A stretch of 64,000 nucleotides of DNA from Octopus sinensis. Taxonomy: Eukaryota. The DNA lies in the NCBI RefSeq assembly GCF_006345805.1, contig NC_042998.1, positions 11,718,001 through 11,782,000 on the forward strand, read 5' to 3'. Below are positions 1 to 14,227 of the stretch, in pieces. Position 1 is the stretch's first letter; each line of letters starts with the position of its first letter. Made by a program: the position numbers and the translations under genes. The notes under the pieces are model-generated. The model made no database searches, was not told where the DNA came from, and saw nothing but the letters and a program-made list of their open reading frames with translations.

Positions 1-1258
<1,258 letters not shown>

Positions 1259-1467
1259 GATTGGCTGTTGCTCGCATCGTCTCGTGTAAGTTCATATAGT
1301 TTGTCGTGTTTGCTTGTGTATATCGGTATATATTTTTGTCAGAAAGGTTCCTAATAGCATCTGCTTGGCCTTGACGAAGATCACTCCAAAATTCTCCCTT
1401 TTAAGGGCCATTTTTCGTATAGCAAAATCTTATCTCATAAATATTTTTATCTGTCTGGAAAGCAGGC

Positions 1468-2810
1468 TTGGACAGTTCAGCTAACAGTGGTAGCGTTCCT
1501 GCGCTCCAGTTAGAAACGGAATTCTCTCCATTACTTTCACCGAACACGTCGAACAAAAAGGAAAACGTTGATGCACCCCACCCACACACATATTTGAAAA
1601 ACAAACGTATACTAATGCATCCTCTCCTTCCGAACATGCGGGAAGTGAAGGCAGAAACAATGAAAACATTCATAAAAGAATGAGCAGTGAAACCACGACT
1701 ATCACCACCACGTCTGCCACGAAAACTGCTACCACCAACAACAACGTCACAGACAAACTAAATAATTTTGGTTCTGTTTTAAAGCAAAAAAAATATTTAA
1801 TGTCCTTCCAGATTTGATTCAACATCCAGATGGCACAACCCTACTTGTGACCGTTGAAGACAGAAGGCCACGTTGCTACCTCTGTGGTAACAGGTATCAT
1901 CTAAAAAAAGACTGCCAACTAGCAAAAGAAGAAGAACAACGACAACAACAACAGGAACAACAACAAAACCAAAAACCGAAAGGCAAACCAGCACTGCTAC
2001 CCACAACACCAGCAGCTCAACTGCTAAAGCAAATGAAAGAGCACCACCAATCAAAAAGCCAGCCCAACCAAACAACACCACCATCAGCGCCACCAAGTAC
2101 AGAGACAACACCATCACCATCATCACCACCACCACCATCAACATAAGCATCCAATCCCATCAACCCATACATCACTTCCTAACAACAACCAACCAACACC
2201 AACAACAGTAACATCAGCAACAACACACACAAATTGATCCCAATACCCTTCCCCCACTTCTTGTGATTCCTCCGATATGTAGTCGGACGAAGGTGATACA
2301 GAAGAATGGCAAATGGCCACAGGTGGGGGGGGAGAAGAAAATGGAGACAGAAAAGAAGAGACACGCAATCAAACTAAGCAAGGAAGCTCATCGCCCCCGA
2401 GAACAAAACTACCGCAGAAAATAAAAACATTACCACCAACACTACAAACACACAAACACCAAATGGCTCCACAATGTTGGCAGCAATAAACACAAACAAT
2501 TCAGCCCTAATGCAATACATTAGGTCAAACACCAACATAACAGAAGACAATGTCAAAACAAACAGTCACCCACGCACAACACTACCACAACGCATAAAAA
2601 TCCTATACGTGGCACAAAACACTCAAAACACATTGGAATCTCTCTACCCTGATGCAGTAGGGAGACTTCAAAAGTACTTCTCAAAAAAAAAAAAGAAAGA
2701 AAAAGAAAAAAAGAAAACCCTCCTGAGAGAAGATGGCGAGGAGGAGAACAACCAACTTCCGAGCAGTAAGTGGCTCTCTCTCTCTCTCATTTTTTTCCTT
2801 TTCCTTTCGT
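1468..2810 (+). pseudogene. Degenerate LINE ORF1 (gag-like, CCHC knuckle, Pro/Thr/Gln-rich region)
   Basis: LLVTVEDRRPRCYLCGNRYHLKKDC = CX2CX4HX4C; several frame breaks. Boundaries approximate. Confidence 0.72.
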
Positions 2811-2837
2811 GTGTAAAGCATAACTTTCGATAGAAAC

Positions 2838-4102
2838 ATGCTTAGAATAGGTTGTATAAATGTGCATGGCTTGAGGTCGCCTTAGAAACAAGGATACTTG
2901 TTAAATGGTATCAAATCACAGAATGTGCATATTATAGCCATCAGTGAGACGAGACTCCACAACCTGCGGGCTCTCCAGCATATGTTTGGCGGGCAATTTG
3001 ACATCTATTTTTCTCCGTGTCTGCCGAGAATGAGCGGAGGTGGTACCACGGTGCTTTTTCGGAAGAGTCTGGACCTCAAAGTAAGAGCAATATTCCAAGA
3101 CCCGGAAGCGTAGGCTGGTCGTCTTGGATGTCGATGGCAGTAATGGGTGTGCTTTTCGACTCATAACAGTTTATGTACCGTCCTTAACAGATCAAGCGGA
3201 TTTCTTTTGACGTCTAGAGGTTTTCCCGAGAACGTCTCGACCTTTACTTTTAGTGGGGGATTGGAACGCTACCTTGGAATGCATCCAGATTACGTGGGTA
3301 GAGATAGGAATAGGAGGAGATGTAAATACCTCATAGACCTGCTCAGACGTTTCCAACAGTCTGACAGGTACCAACTGGACCACTCGAATGTGCCAATGTG
3401 GACATGGAGCAACCGCATCGGGTCGTCGAGATCGTATTTAGATAGAGTATTCTGTAGGGCAGTAGATAAGGATAGTGTAGGTTGTCCACATTTTCATAAA
3501 GTCAGCTACACAGATCACAAATTTGTGACGTGTACGTTTGACTTAGATAAAAATCATAGGCAGGGTCCCGGTTGCTGGAAACTGAACGCGTCGTTCACGG
3601 CGCGACAGGCTTACAGATACCGGATTAGCACATTAGTCAAGAGAGCATTGACAGTATAGCCATCGGCAACAATAGTTGGTGGCATGCTTTAAAGAAAGCA
3701 ATTAAAGCAGAATCGGCTAGGTATAGTAAGGTTCTAGTGATAGACCGAAATTAGAATAGAGGGAGACTTAGTTAAGAAATTAGAAGAGGCACATAGAAGT
3801 GACATCGCGTCCAACGTGCTGGAGGCGAGGTTGGCCCTCGACCAACACTTCAACGCCAAACACGAAGGATGTGTTGTTAGAGCTAGGATGCATGCTCTGA
3901 GAAACGGAGAAATTGGAGCCGCCCGAGAGGCTCGAGTGGTGGAAGCGCAACGAGGCAACAAATCCACCATTAGGTCTCTGACAGATGAACAGGGGAGCGA
4001 ATTACTCGAGCCCGAAAGGATGTGAGGCCTTTCACAGCACTTTGCCCGACTGTCCGGGACAACTGGTGGGTCAGAACGCATAGTGGACTTAATTACCTAC
4101 TT
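2838..4102 (+). pseudogene. Degenerate ORF2 APE endonuclease plus linker
   Basis: MLRIGCINVHGL...AISETRL...GGGTTVLF; SRSYLDRVF...YTDHKFV...GPGCWKLNAS; contains stops and frameshifts. Confidence 0.88.
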
Positions 4103-4480
4103 ACATGCCCGAGATGCAGTCAGAGCGACGAAACCGTTCTGTAAGCACTCGTGCAGTGTCCAACAATTCCAGACCTTTGGGCTTATGTCAAACGGCTGCT
4201 GTGGGACGAATTCGGTTATCGTGAATATTGTCCCGCCACCTTCCTTTAATCGGGAAAGCAAGGCAGTTTTCATTGTGCTGGTGGCTATAGTGAAAAAATG
4301 TGTGTGGTGGACTCGTGCGAAAGGTTTAGAGACAAACACTTTCACTCTGGTCAATCGCTCATCAATATTTTCAAGTATCACTTGAAAAAGAAGGTGAGAA
4401 TAGAGAGTGAAGCGTTGTCTCATGAAAGCTTCAAAAAGGTGGGTAAATGTAGCAAAGATGGTACACGTGATCCTATAAAT
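4103..4480 (+). pseudogene. ORF2 C-terminal zinc-knuckle region of copy 2
   Basis: tgcccgagatgcagtcagagcgacgaaaccgttctg nearly matches 427-465; IVNIVPPPSFNRESK matches copy 1. Confidence 0.9.
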
Positions 4481-4527
4481 CGAAGAGAGAGAGAGATAAA
4501 CAGAGAGAGAGAGAGAGGATGAGAGAG

Positions 4528-4564
<37 letters not shown>

Positions 4565-4745
4565 TGTTCTCATGTATTTTATTCCCTGCCTGAGGTTACC
4601 GTGGTCTTTTTCGTAGGCTTTTCTTTCCACGGATAAACCTAATCTGTTTTACATTTTCTTTCTTTCTTTCTTTCTTTCTTTCTTTCGAAAAGTTCCACAT
4701 TGCGTTGTCCCCTCTGTGTTCGGCCCTGTGTGACTAATAAAGAAA

Positions 4746-4872
<127 letters not shown>

Positions 4873-5517
4873 TAGTTTATACTCTCACATAGTTGCCATA
4901 CTAGTTTAGTAGAATACAGCTTAATTAAATTATCATAATACAACAGCGGTCGATTTTTTTCTGGCTTCCGCATCCTCTTTGTACAGTATTAATTTATAAC
5001 TGGTTTCAGGCGATTCACTGTCTCTTTGATCTACGAGTATACCATCAAATAGTATATCACGTACTACTTACATTTATTATTGATAGCACAAACCAGCGAA
5101 GCAACATCTGCGTAGTCGCTCGAATTGTGAGAAATAGCAAGCAAATTTCTTTCCATAATCTAACCCTACTAACTTAAGAAAAAGAAAGGTCACAAAAGGT
5201 CATTAAATAATGTAGCTCGGGGAAGACAGTCACCTTCTAAAAAGGGTTGCTCATGTCAAGAATCTCTTCAAATACATTGGGAAACAGATGAAATAAATGA
5301 AATATTTAATTTTTTTTTTATATGCAAAATCCAAATAAGATTATAACATTTCACTATCGGGTTAGATATTTTGTGTGGCATGTTATCTAAATTTGAATGA
5401 ATTAATGACCTATATAGCTATACATTTATAATAATGATCGAAAACTATCCAGCCGTAGTTTGATTTTCTGCTGCACACGCTTTATATAGCAGTGATTTAT
5501 CGGGATATATCACTAGT

Positions 5518-5828
5518 GTGGAGGCGCAATAACCCAGTGGTTAGGGCAGCGAACTCGCGGTCGTAGGATCGCAGTTTCGATTCCCAGACCGGGCGTTGCG
5601 AGTGTTTATTGAGCGTAAACACCTAAAGCTCCACGAGGCTCCGGCAAGGGATGGTGGTGATCCCTGCTGTACTCTTTCGCCACAACTTTCTCTCACTCTT
5701 TCTTCTGTTGGCCTGCTCGCTTAGCCAGCGGGGTGGCGTCATTTAAAGGCTAAAACAATGCGAAGCGCATTGTGACCAGCGATGTGTAGCAACATCTGAT
5801 AGCCTGGTCGGTCACGGTGATCACGGTG
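5518..5828 (+). mobile_element. tRNA-derived SINE family A, short-tail variant (A2)
   Basis: Pol III A-box and B-box head, (CACGGTGAT)2 tail, TSD ATATCACTAGT at 5507-5517 and 5829-5839. Confidence 0.9.
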
Positions 5829-6116
5829 ATATCACTAGTAGCCTTTCTGATTTGTAAAAATGCCTTTACCAACTAAAAAGTACATTGAATAATATATATT
5901 GACGTTCATTATGGCGATTTATATAAAATTCTCTGGGTAGCCAAAGTGGAATAATTTTCCTGATGATGAAACAATGATACTCGAAACATCTGTAAGAGGA
6001 TTTCTTATTATTTTCTGTTTACGTAAGCTACGGCTTTCAAATAAATAACTAGATCTATCTACATTATACACCCTCCAGGTATCTTATATTTCTCTCCCCA
6101 CTCCCTCGGTGTATAA

Positions 6117-6160
<44 letters not shown>

Positions 6161-6354
6161 ATGTAAGTTTGCATGGTCTCCGATAGGTATTTTGCAAAAT
6201 GAGGCAGACTACTTTTGGGCTACCGGTGGAAGGAATTCCTTTTGAAAATTTAAGGGTACGGTGAATTTATTTCTTTGAAGTTGGAAAATTACATTACATA
6301 TTCATAAAAATGTATTTGACTCTCCGGGCCCCACATTTTGTATACCACACACAT

Positions 6355-6603
<249 letters not shown>

Positions 6604-7071
6604 AGTCAAAAAATATACAAACGGGACAAGAACGTGAAACATTTAGAAGACGACACAAAAAACACGGACGGGACATTCGAAGCCCTCAATCATCAGTCAA
6701 GAACCGGATCATCTTCGCAATTTCTGCTGATTAATCTTGAGATTACTCCGATCTGGGCAGCCCCAAAGGAAAATCTAAGCCAAGCGCATAAGATTCCTTG
6801 GAAGAAAGCCTCGAATGTATACAACACAGGGACGGAAAACGGACGATGTTACACGGTAAAAACAATAATGATAGCACGAATAAGAATACAAAATAAATGA
6901 TAGCACGAATAAGAGTACAAAATACGTAAAAACAATAATGGTAAGGATAACAACAAAAACAGGACGTGAGGACAAGCGTCTTTTCGACAGGACAAGTTAA
7001 GTTTTGAGCTGGCTATGGAAGAGTGCCTTAAGGCCACAGAGAAACAAACATGTATATACACACACATATAT

Positions 7072-7175
<104 letters not shown>

Positions 7176-7204
7176 GCCCAAGACAAGATAAATTCATTGG
7201 TCTG

Positions 7205-7430
7205 GGAAACTCTACCTCAACTCCTTACTCCTCAAACTTAGCACCATCAGATTTTCACTTATTCAGGTCTCTTGAACACTTTGGAAAAATATTCAAAAGC
7301 AGAGACGAAACGGCACAAGTATTTTTTCTTCAAAAGAACCTGATTTTTTTTTGTCCAGAGAATCAGGAAACTGGTTTCAAGGCGAGAAACCTCGACAACG
7401 ATGGCGATTGCATTTTGAATGAGCAAGTTT
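7205..7430 (+). mobile_element. Mariner transposase C-terminal fragment
   Basis: TPYSSNLAPSDFHLFRSLEHF resembles the mariner YSPDLAPSDYHLF motif. Confidence 0.7.
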
Positions 7431-7745
7431 ACGTTTTATCCTACGCTGATCTGGACTCATTATATGAAATACAACATTACTCTTGGTACCCCTAATAAAG
7501 ACCAGTCATATACCGGAGTCGATTTAAGCGACCATCTCTTATCAAATTTATCTCCTTTCGTTTACGTAAGAAATCAATACTTTAGAGTTGATTGAACTGA
7601 ATATATCCATTATTTATAAGAAATGCTTTCGTGTCTAGTCAAAAAGAATAAATCATTTGACATTACTCTGAACGGTGAGATAATATAAATAACAGACGTT
7701 TACAGAATTTACATTCTTACTACATCTCTATTCAAAACCTAATTA

Positions 7746-7946
7746 TTGGTTTCAAATTTTGGCACAAGGCCTGTAATTTCAGGGAGGAAGGTAAGTCGAT
7801 TACACCGACCCCTTGTTTCATCGACTCCAGAAAGGATGAAAAGCAAAGTCTACCTCAGCGTAATTTGAACTCAGAATGTAAAGACGGGTGAAATGCTGCT
7901 AAGCATTCAGCCCAGCGTGCTAACAATTCTGCCAGCTTGTCGCCCT
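7746..7946 (-). mobile_element. tRNA-derived SINE family C (C2 tail)
   Basis: Reverse complement has the ctggcagaa head, gagttcaaat B-box and ccttgtgccaaaatttgaaacc tail shared with other copies. Confidence 0.8.
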
Positions 7947-8007
7947 CCCAAATCCTAATTATCAATAATGAAATATATTGAATATAAAGTTCATAATTCT
8001 TTCTTTT

Positions 8008-8075
<68 letters not shown>

Positions 8076-8362
8076 TCAGTAATTAAATTTGCCTACACAG
8101 CCAGAAGAAAAATGCTCATTAGCATTAATGGTAGGTCCCTTTAAGAAATTCCTAAATGAAAGTTAATTAAAAATTTAATGGGGTCGTGTAGAAACAAAGT
8201 GAGTCTGTATTTTTATCTTACAGCGAGTTTGGTTTAAATTAATTGAATATTTTTTAGCTCATTAGAATGTTGGAAATATATGTTTGGTGTTATAGCTCTC
8301 ATTTACAACGGGATGGCTCCGTTAGGATTGATCTGGTGGAGGATGGTGAATAACAGCGATCG

Positions 8363-8391
8363 TTATTATTATTATTATTATAATTATTATA

Positions 8392-8444
<53 letters not shown>

Positions 8445-8452
8445 CAATAATG

Positions 8453-8498
<46 letters not shown>

Positions 8499-8517
8499 TA
8501 ATAATAATAATAATAAT
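8363..8517. repeat. (TTA)n followed by (TAA)n: an inverted microsatellite pair
   Basis: Orientation switches at ttatcaataa near 8444. Confidence 0.95.
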
Positions 8518-8742
8518 ATTGCAGTAAAGGTAGTGGTGTAGTAAAATGAGAGAGCGCCATAATAAATACCTTGTGGTACTTAGTTTCTTCTCTTAACGTT
8601 ATGAATTGAAATCCTGCAAGAAACAACTTCACCTTTCTTCCTTTCGGGATTGATAGATTAAGTACCAGTTAAATTATAGGGAGGACTAATAACTTCCCCT
8701 TAAAAAGTTACGGCCCTTGTGCCTAAATCATCATCATCATTA

Positions 8743-9021
8743 TCGTTTCCGTCCTAATCATTCAAAGAAAGATTTGCATCTTTACTGCTACATTGCGTGT
8801 CTTGCAGTCGGTTCCACCGAACGGTTCTCTTATCTTCGTGTCTTAGCCATACAGTTTAGCTCTGATAATGCAGCCTTTATGTTTTTTGAAGAGAAAAAAA
8901 TCGAGGCTCATTCTCGCTGCCAGCACATCGTTTGCTATGCCTTTCGAAATCGCCTCTTCAAAGATATGGCTAGGTTTTTCTCTAGCATATTTTTCTTTGT
9001 TACTATTTCTTTATTAAGCGT
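8743..9021 (-). mobile_element. Tx1-type LINE ORF2 linker fragment
   Basis: Minus frame FEEAISKGIANDVLAARMSLDFFLFKKHKGCIIRAK aligns with LDEAICNGIATDVLVARMALDQFFVAKHEGCIARAK at about 45250-45360. Confidence 0.8.
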
Positions 9022-10176
9022 TATGAAATGGCAAAAGAGAGAAGTGAGGAAAATGGATACGAAGACCAGAAAAATGTTGACAGTACACGGAGCCTTACAC
9101 CCTAAGAGTGACACCGATAGTCTGTACTGGTCCAGAAGAAAGGGCAGGGCAGGTTTAATTAGTTTCCAGGATTGTATCGAAGCAGAGGAAAACAGCTTAG
9201 GGTGGTATATAAAATATTCTGTGGAGCCGTTGTTGAAACACACGAAGAAGGCCGGCGTCATCAAAACTGAAAATTGTGTAATGAAAGAAAAATTTAAACA
9301 AGAAATGAACAAAAAAGAAAAAAGAAAAACCAAAAAATGCATAGATGGAAAAAATGTACGCTCGGCTTGCAACAGATGTGAGCATCAAGACAGGTATAGA
9401 GAACCGGTGGTTATGGATGAGGAGGAGTGACTTAAAGATAGAGACAGAAGCAGTCATATGCGCAGCTCAAGAACAAGCGTTAAGGACCAACTATATGAAG
9501 TATAGAATAAATGACACTACGGACAGAATGTGTGGTGAGAGGGATGAAACGGTATGACACATCGTTAGCGAATGCCCGAAACTGACACAACGCGAATACT
9601 AAAACCGCCATGACAATGCGGCAAGGATGATCCATTGGGACTGTAGAAATCACGGCTTACAAAGAGCAAAGACGTTTTATGAGCAAACCCCAGAAAGAGT
9701 CTTCGGGAATGAAAATTGCAAAATCCTGTAGGATGCAATGATCCAATGCGATCATCTGACCAGACATAGGAAACCGGACATTGTTGTGGTGAATAAAAAA
9801 GAAAGAACATGCATGGTAATCGACATAGTATGCCTAGGTGTCAACAAGATCAGTGTGAAACAAGAAGAAGAATAAAATAAACTATGGTGATATGAGGTGT
9901 GAAATACGAAGGTTGTGGTCAATGAGGAGAGCAGATGTGATACCAATTGTAACTGGTGCACTTGGAAGTATCAGCAAAAGATTGGTGCAAGTGTGAAGGT
10001 AGATCACTTACAAAAATCAGCATTCATTGGGACTGCAAGATTTCTTCGCAGGGTTCTTGAAGCATGACCAGTAAACAAATGTCACCTTAGACTGTTGGCT
10101 GTGGACAGTTACACTTTCCGTTGACAGTTGACACTTTCCGTCATACCCAGCAAAATAAGCTGTGAGGTTTCATCAC

Positions 10177-10177
<1 letters not shown>
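9022..10177 (+). mobile_element. 5'-truncated R4/Dong-type non-LTR retrotransposon (restriction-like endonuclease), degenerate
   Basis: MDTKTRKMLTVHGALHPKSD; ICAAQEQALRTN; RMCGERDETV*HIVSEC knuckle; RHDN; RKPDIVVVNKKERTCMVIDI (PD..D RLE); stop at 10065-10067; 3' end abuts (TAA)n. Confidence 0.88.
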
Positions 10178-10212
<35 letters not shown>

Positions 10213-10346
10213 TAATAATAATAATAATATTATTAATAATAGCAATAATAATAGAAGTAATAATAATAATAATATTAATAATAATAATAATAATATTAAT
10301 AATAATAATAATAATATTAATAATAATAATAATAATAATGATGTTT

Positions 10347-10411
<65 letters not shown>

Positions 10412-10612
10412 AATATGATGATGATGATGATGATGATAATAATAATAATAATAATAATAATAATAGAATAATAATAATAATATTAATAATAATAATGATA
10501 ATATAATAATGATGATGATGATGAGATGAGTGATGATAATGAAATAATAATAATAGATAATGAGAATAATAATATAATATAATAGAAATAATAATAATAA
10601 TAATATAATAGA

Positions 10613-10649
<37 letters not shown>

Positions 10650-10670
10650 TTAATAATAATAATAATAATA

Positions 10671-10725
<55 letters not shown>

Positions 10726-10742
10726 CGACGATGATGATGATG

Positions 10743-10776
<34 letters not shown>

Positions 10777-10790
10777 TAATAATAACAACA
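10178..10790. repeat. (TAA)n/(TGA)n trinucleotide array
   Basis: Direct reading. Confidence 0.97.
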
Positions 10791-10950
10791 ATAGACAAAT
10801 ACATAACACAGGCACCAAGACTTACGAGTATATATAATATACAGAAAATAGCACTTCTAGGTACCGAACATATCCTAACGTAAAACACTTTCAATACAGT
10901 GAAAATAAGAGCATCACAGCAAACCACAGCACATACCTAAGGCACACAAC
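10791..10950 (+). mobile_element. 3' tip of a second, different RLE-type (R4/Dong-like) element
   Basis: IDKYITQAPRLTSIYNIQKIALLGTEHIL, then after a frameshift RKTLSIQ*. Parallels KSAFIGTARFLRRVLEA* of the first element. Confidence 0.7.
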
Positions 10951-13285
10951 AACAAGAACAAGAACAACAGCAACAACAACAACGACAATAACAATAACAA
11001 CAATCCCGTTATAAAAAGTAGAAAATTGCATGAAACTAGAAAATGTTAAACAATGATAACAACTATTATTATCATAAATAATAATACTTTCTGATTTAAG
11101 CACAGGACCAATATCTTTTAGAGAAGGAGATTAGCCGATTCCACCAATCTCAGTACTCCACAGGTACTTTATTTTGGCATTCACGGTGGGACGAAAGACA
11201 AAACTGATTTCAGCTCGAATCGATCTCAGATCGAAGAGCCGGAGAAAATATCGCAAAGCATTGTTTTCCAACGCTTTGAAGAGTCTCCCAACACGCTACT
11301 GAATAACACAAAAAATAGAATCATAATATACATACATAATATATATACATACATACATACATGCATGCATGCAAACACACATACGCATATATATGAGTGT
11401 GTTTATGAATATGAATATATGTATGTATATAATATAAACAGAATATTGGAGCAAAACGAGCAATACTGTTCTATATACTATATAGCCCTAAAATCTATGG
11501 TATTATTTATAGCTATCCATTCATTGTTTATATTATATATTACTAATATTGTTTGTTTGTTACCTTTCTGCAATTTCGTTCGAAATTCAAGAAATGATTT
11601 TAAATGTTTCTGATTGTTAACTAAGGACTGAAGGAGACCATTTGTTCATATTTAAGTGAAGCCAACCATACAGTTATAAAAGGGCGTAGGAAATATTACA
11701 AAGTAAGTAATTCGCTGGCGCCATTACTACTAAAATATTCTTCTTTCAAAAGTCTACGTAATTATCATTGTATTGCGTTGACGTCTAGATTAACCGACTA
11801 TAAAATGTAATGCATTTATTGAGCTTAAAGGTAGCTCGTAAATTACAGAGAGGTTTCTTTAAAATGATCTAAGCGAAATGAATAGGCGTCACACCGATTA
11901 GATTACGAGTTATTGCCAGGAAGTGTTTGCTAGGCTATATCCTGCGGAAGTGCGTGTGCAGCTGAAGATTGTGGGTAGGAAACCTGTTGACTCGGTCTAC
12001 GAATGGTTTTCTTGCTACCTTTTTCTATTATTATGCGAAGTTTTGTAATGTTGTATTCAAACGGCTCTGCCATTTTTACGATGGCTGACGAATTCGAACA
12101 AAGTGATTGTACCAAATGTTTGCATGATTTAATCAAGTCGTTAGTCAATTAAAACTCATTGGCGAGCCAAGAACTGCTTATGTGATAGGGTTAAAATAAT
12201 TTTTAAAAATGGTGAACGCCATTTTAGGAACATTGATGTCACGATGGGATTTTATTCCAAGACATGCAAGAATAACTTGAATTTACAATTCGACTGATTC
12301 CGAATTTTCAGTCGTTAAGAGAATGAACATCAAATGAGGAGGTCAATTCACAAGGCAATAATTTTAGAAACGGTAGTTACATTTCACTGATGAGATTTGA
12401 CATGAATAATTATTAAAGGAGTTGAATGAGGAGCAATAAAAGCAGTTTAGGCATAACCAATGATTTGATTAAATGAATCATTTACAAAGAGCAAACAACC
12501 AAATATCTTTAGCTGTTTATACATCACGCGACTTCTCATTACGGCTCTGTTTAGATTCATCACGCGATGTGGATTTGCCGCTCATATATAATTTCCTTGA
12601 TGGAGGAGTTTCTTTTCCATTATGATCTGTCAAGAGTTCTTTGTTTCAATTACAATCGTTTTCTTTTCTTTATAAATTTCACGACAGCAAATACGAGATA
12701 TATTTCAATCTTTAACTACTTTTCTATTCTCATGATAATTTAAATCTTGGGACATGAAAATCTCAACTTCTTTGAATATGTGAAAAGCTTCCGTCGAGCT
12801 ATTTGAAAGAGAATGAATAAAATCAAGCCTCCTTTGTTAAATCTTCATCAGCTTTCTTTATGGTGTCTGAATTAATTCATAACGAATTAATTCAAAAGGT
12901 TTAAGATGAAAAAATATCAGAGAAAATATGAAAACTGTATGCGCGTGCATCAACATACGAAGCAAGTAAATGACTAATGAAAGGAATAATCACACTTGAG
13001 AGCAAATTATCGTGGTGCATTGTGGTAATTAACCTAATGCAATCATTATAAATGTCTAGCATTTCGTTTATGTTACTAACCATTAAGTCTTTAGCGTTAT
13101 ATTATTTAAAAGAAAAATACCATTAAGTGTGAGATAGCCGAGCAAGGTATAACTGCGTAGTGCTGTAGTAATTACAGCAGCTAACCAAAAAGCAGCTTAG
13201 GTTTGAGTCCTACAGACTGTTTACAGTTTCCGAGATTACTTTCAATTTTACATGTTTCAAATTGCTCATTGGAAACACACACACA

Positions 13286-13673
13286 GGAGGAAGCACTCCG
13301 TCGGTTACGACGACGAGGGTTCCGGTTGATCCGAATCAACGGAATAGCATGCTCGTGAAATTAACGTGTAAGTGGCTGAGCACTCCACAGACGCGTGTAC
13401 CCTTAACGTAGTTCTCGGGGATATTCAGCGTGACACAGAGAGTGACAAGGCCGGCCCTTTGAAATACAGGTATAACAGAAACGGGAAGTAAGAGTGAGAT
13501 AAAGTTGTGGTGAAAGAGTACAGCAGGGATCACCACCATCCCCTGCCGGAGCCTCGTGGAGCTTTTAGGTGTTTTCGCTCAATAAACACTCACAACGCCC
13601 GGTCTGGGAATCGAAACCGCGATCCTATGACTGCGAGTCCGCTGCCCTAACCACTGGGCCATTGCGCCTCCAC
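13286..13673 (-). mobile_element. SINE family A (long form)
   Basis: Full copy; TSD GGAAACACACACACA at 13271-13285 and 13674-13688. Confidence 0.93.
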
Positions 13674-14227
13674 GGAAACACACACACACACACATGCATG
13701 CACGCGCAAAAATTGTACTGTTTCTGCAGGAATGGTCTTAAGATACGTGTAATACTTTTGAATTTGATGAATAATTTATGAACGAGATATCTTCTTTGGA
13801 TGAGATACTGAAACACCTAATCATCGTCTTACTTGTTCTTCAGTCAAGCTAAAGAAAGGTGAATTCTTAACACGAAAGTGAATTATGATTTCATGAAGGC
13901 ATTAATTGTTGAGATTTACATTTTAACTCTCCTAGTTTTGGGGAAGTAATCCAAGTCGCTGTGCTTGATTTAGGGGAGACCGGAGCAAGTTGACTACAGG
14001 GGCAAGTTGACACATTTTCTCTAGAGAAAATGCGAAACTACTTTCGGGTGATTTAATGACATCACAGTAGTGCTGTTAGTATAAGCTTCCCCCTCATTTG
14101 ATTTCGTCGCCGTTGTGAGAGTTTGTCTGCTATACGCGGACAACATTGAAACTTTCCACTTGGTAAGTTATTTTCGAAAATGATACCTCTGATGAGGAAG
14201 AGTGCTATTACTTAGTGTGCTGCGAGA

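Larger units (their letters stand above)
1259..4745 (+). mobile_element. Tx1/L1-type LINE copy 2; retains ORF1 and endonuclease remnants, reverse transcriptase deleted
   Basis: Order is 5' region, ORF1 zinc knuckle, APE endonuclease, linker, abrupt jump to the CCHC C-terminus, 3' UTR, AATAAA at 4736-4741, then a TGTC/TATC tract. Confidence 0.88.

Noticed and set aside
8717-9430. 237-aa ORF as a host gene
   Set aside because: Accidental fusion of a SINE remnant, antisense Tx1 and sense R4/Dong sequence.
13336-13539. Recurrent ORFs MVVIPAVLFHHN..., MFIERKHLKL... and MFSLNKHSQRP... at many loci
   Set aside because: They are translations of SINE A; the recurrence reflects the repeat, not a protein family.
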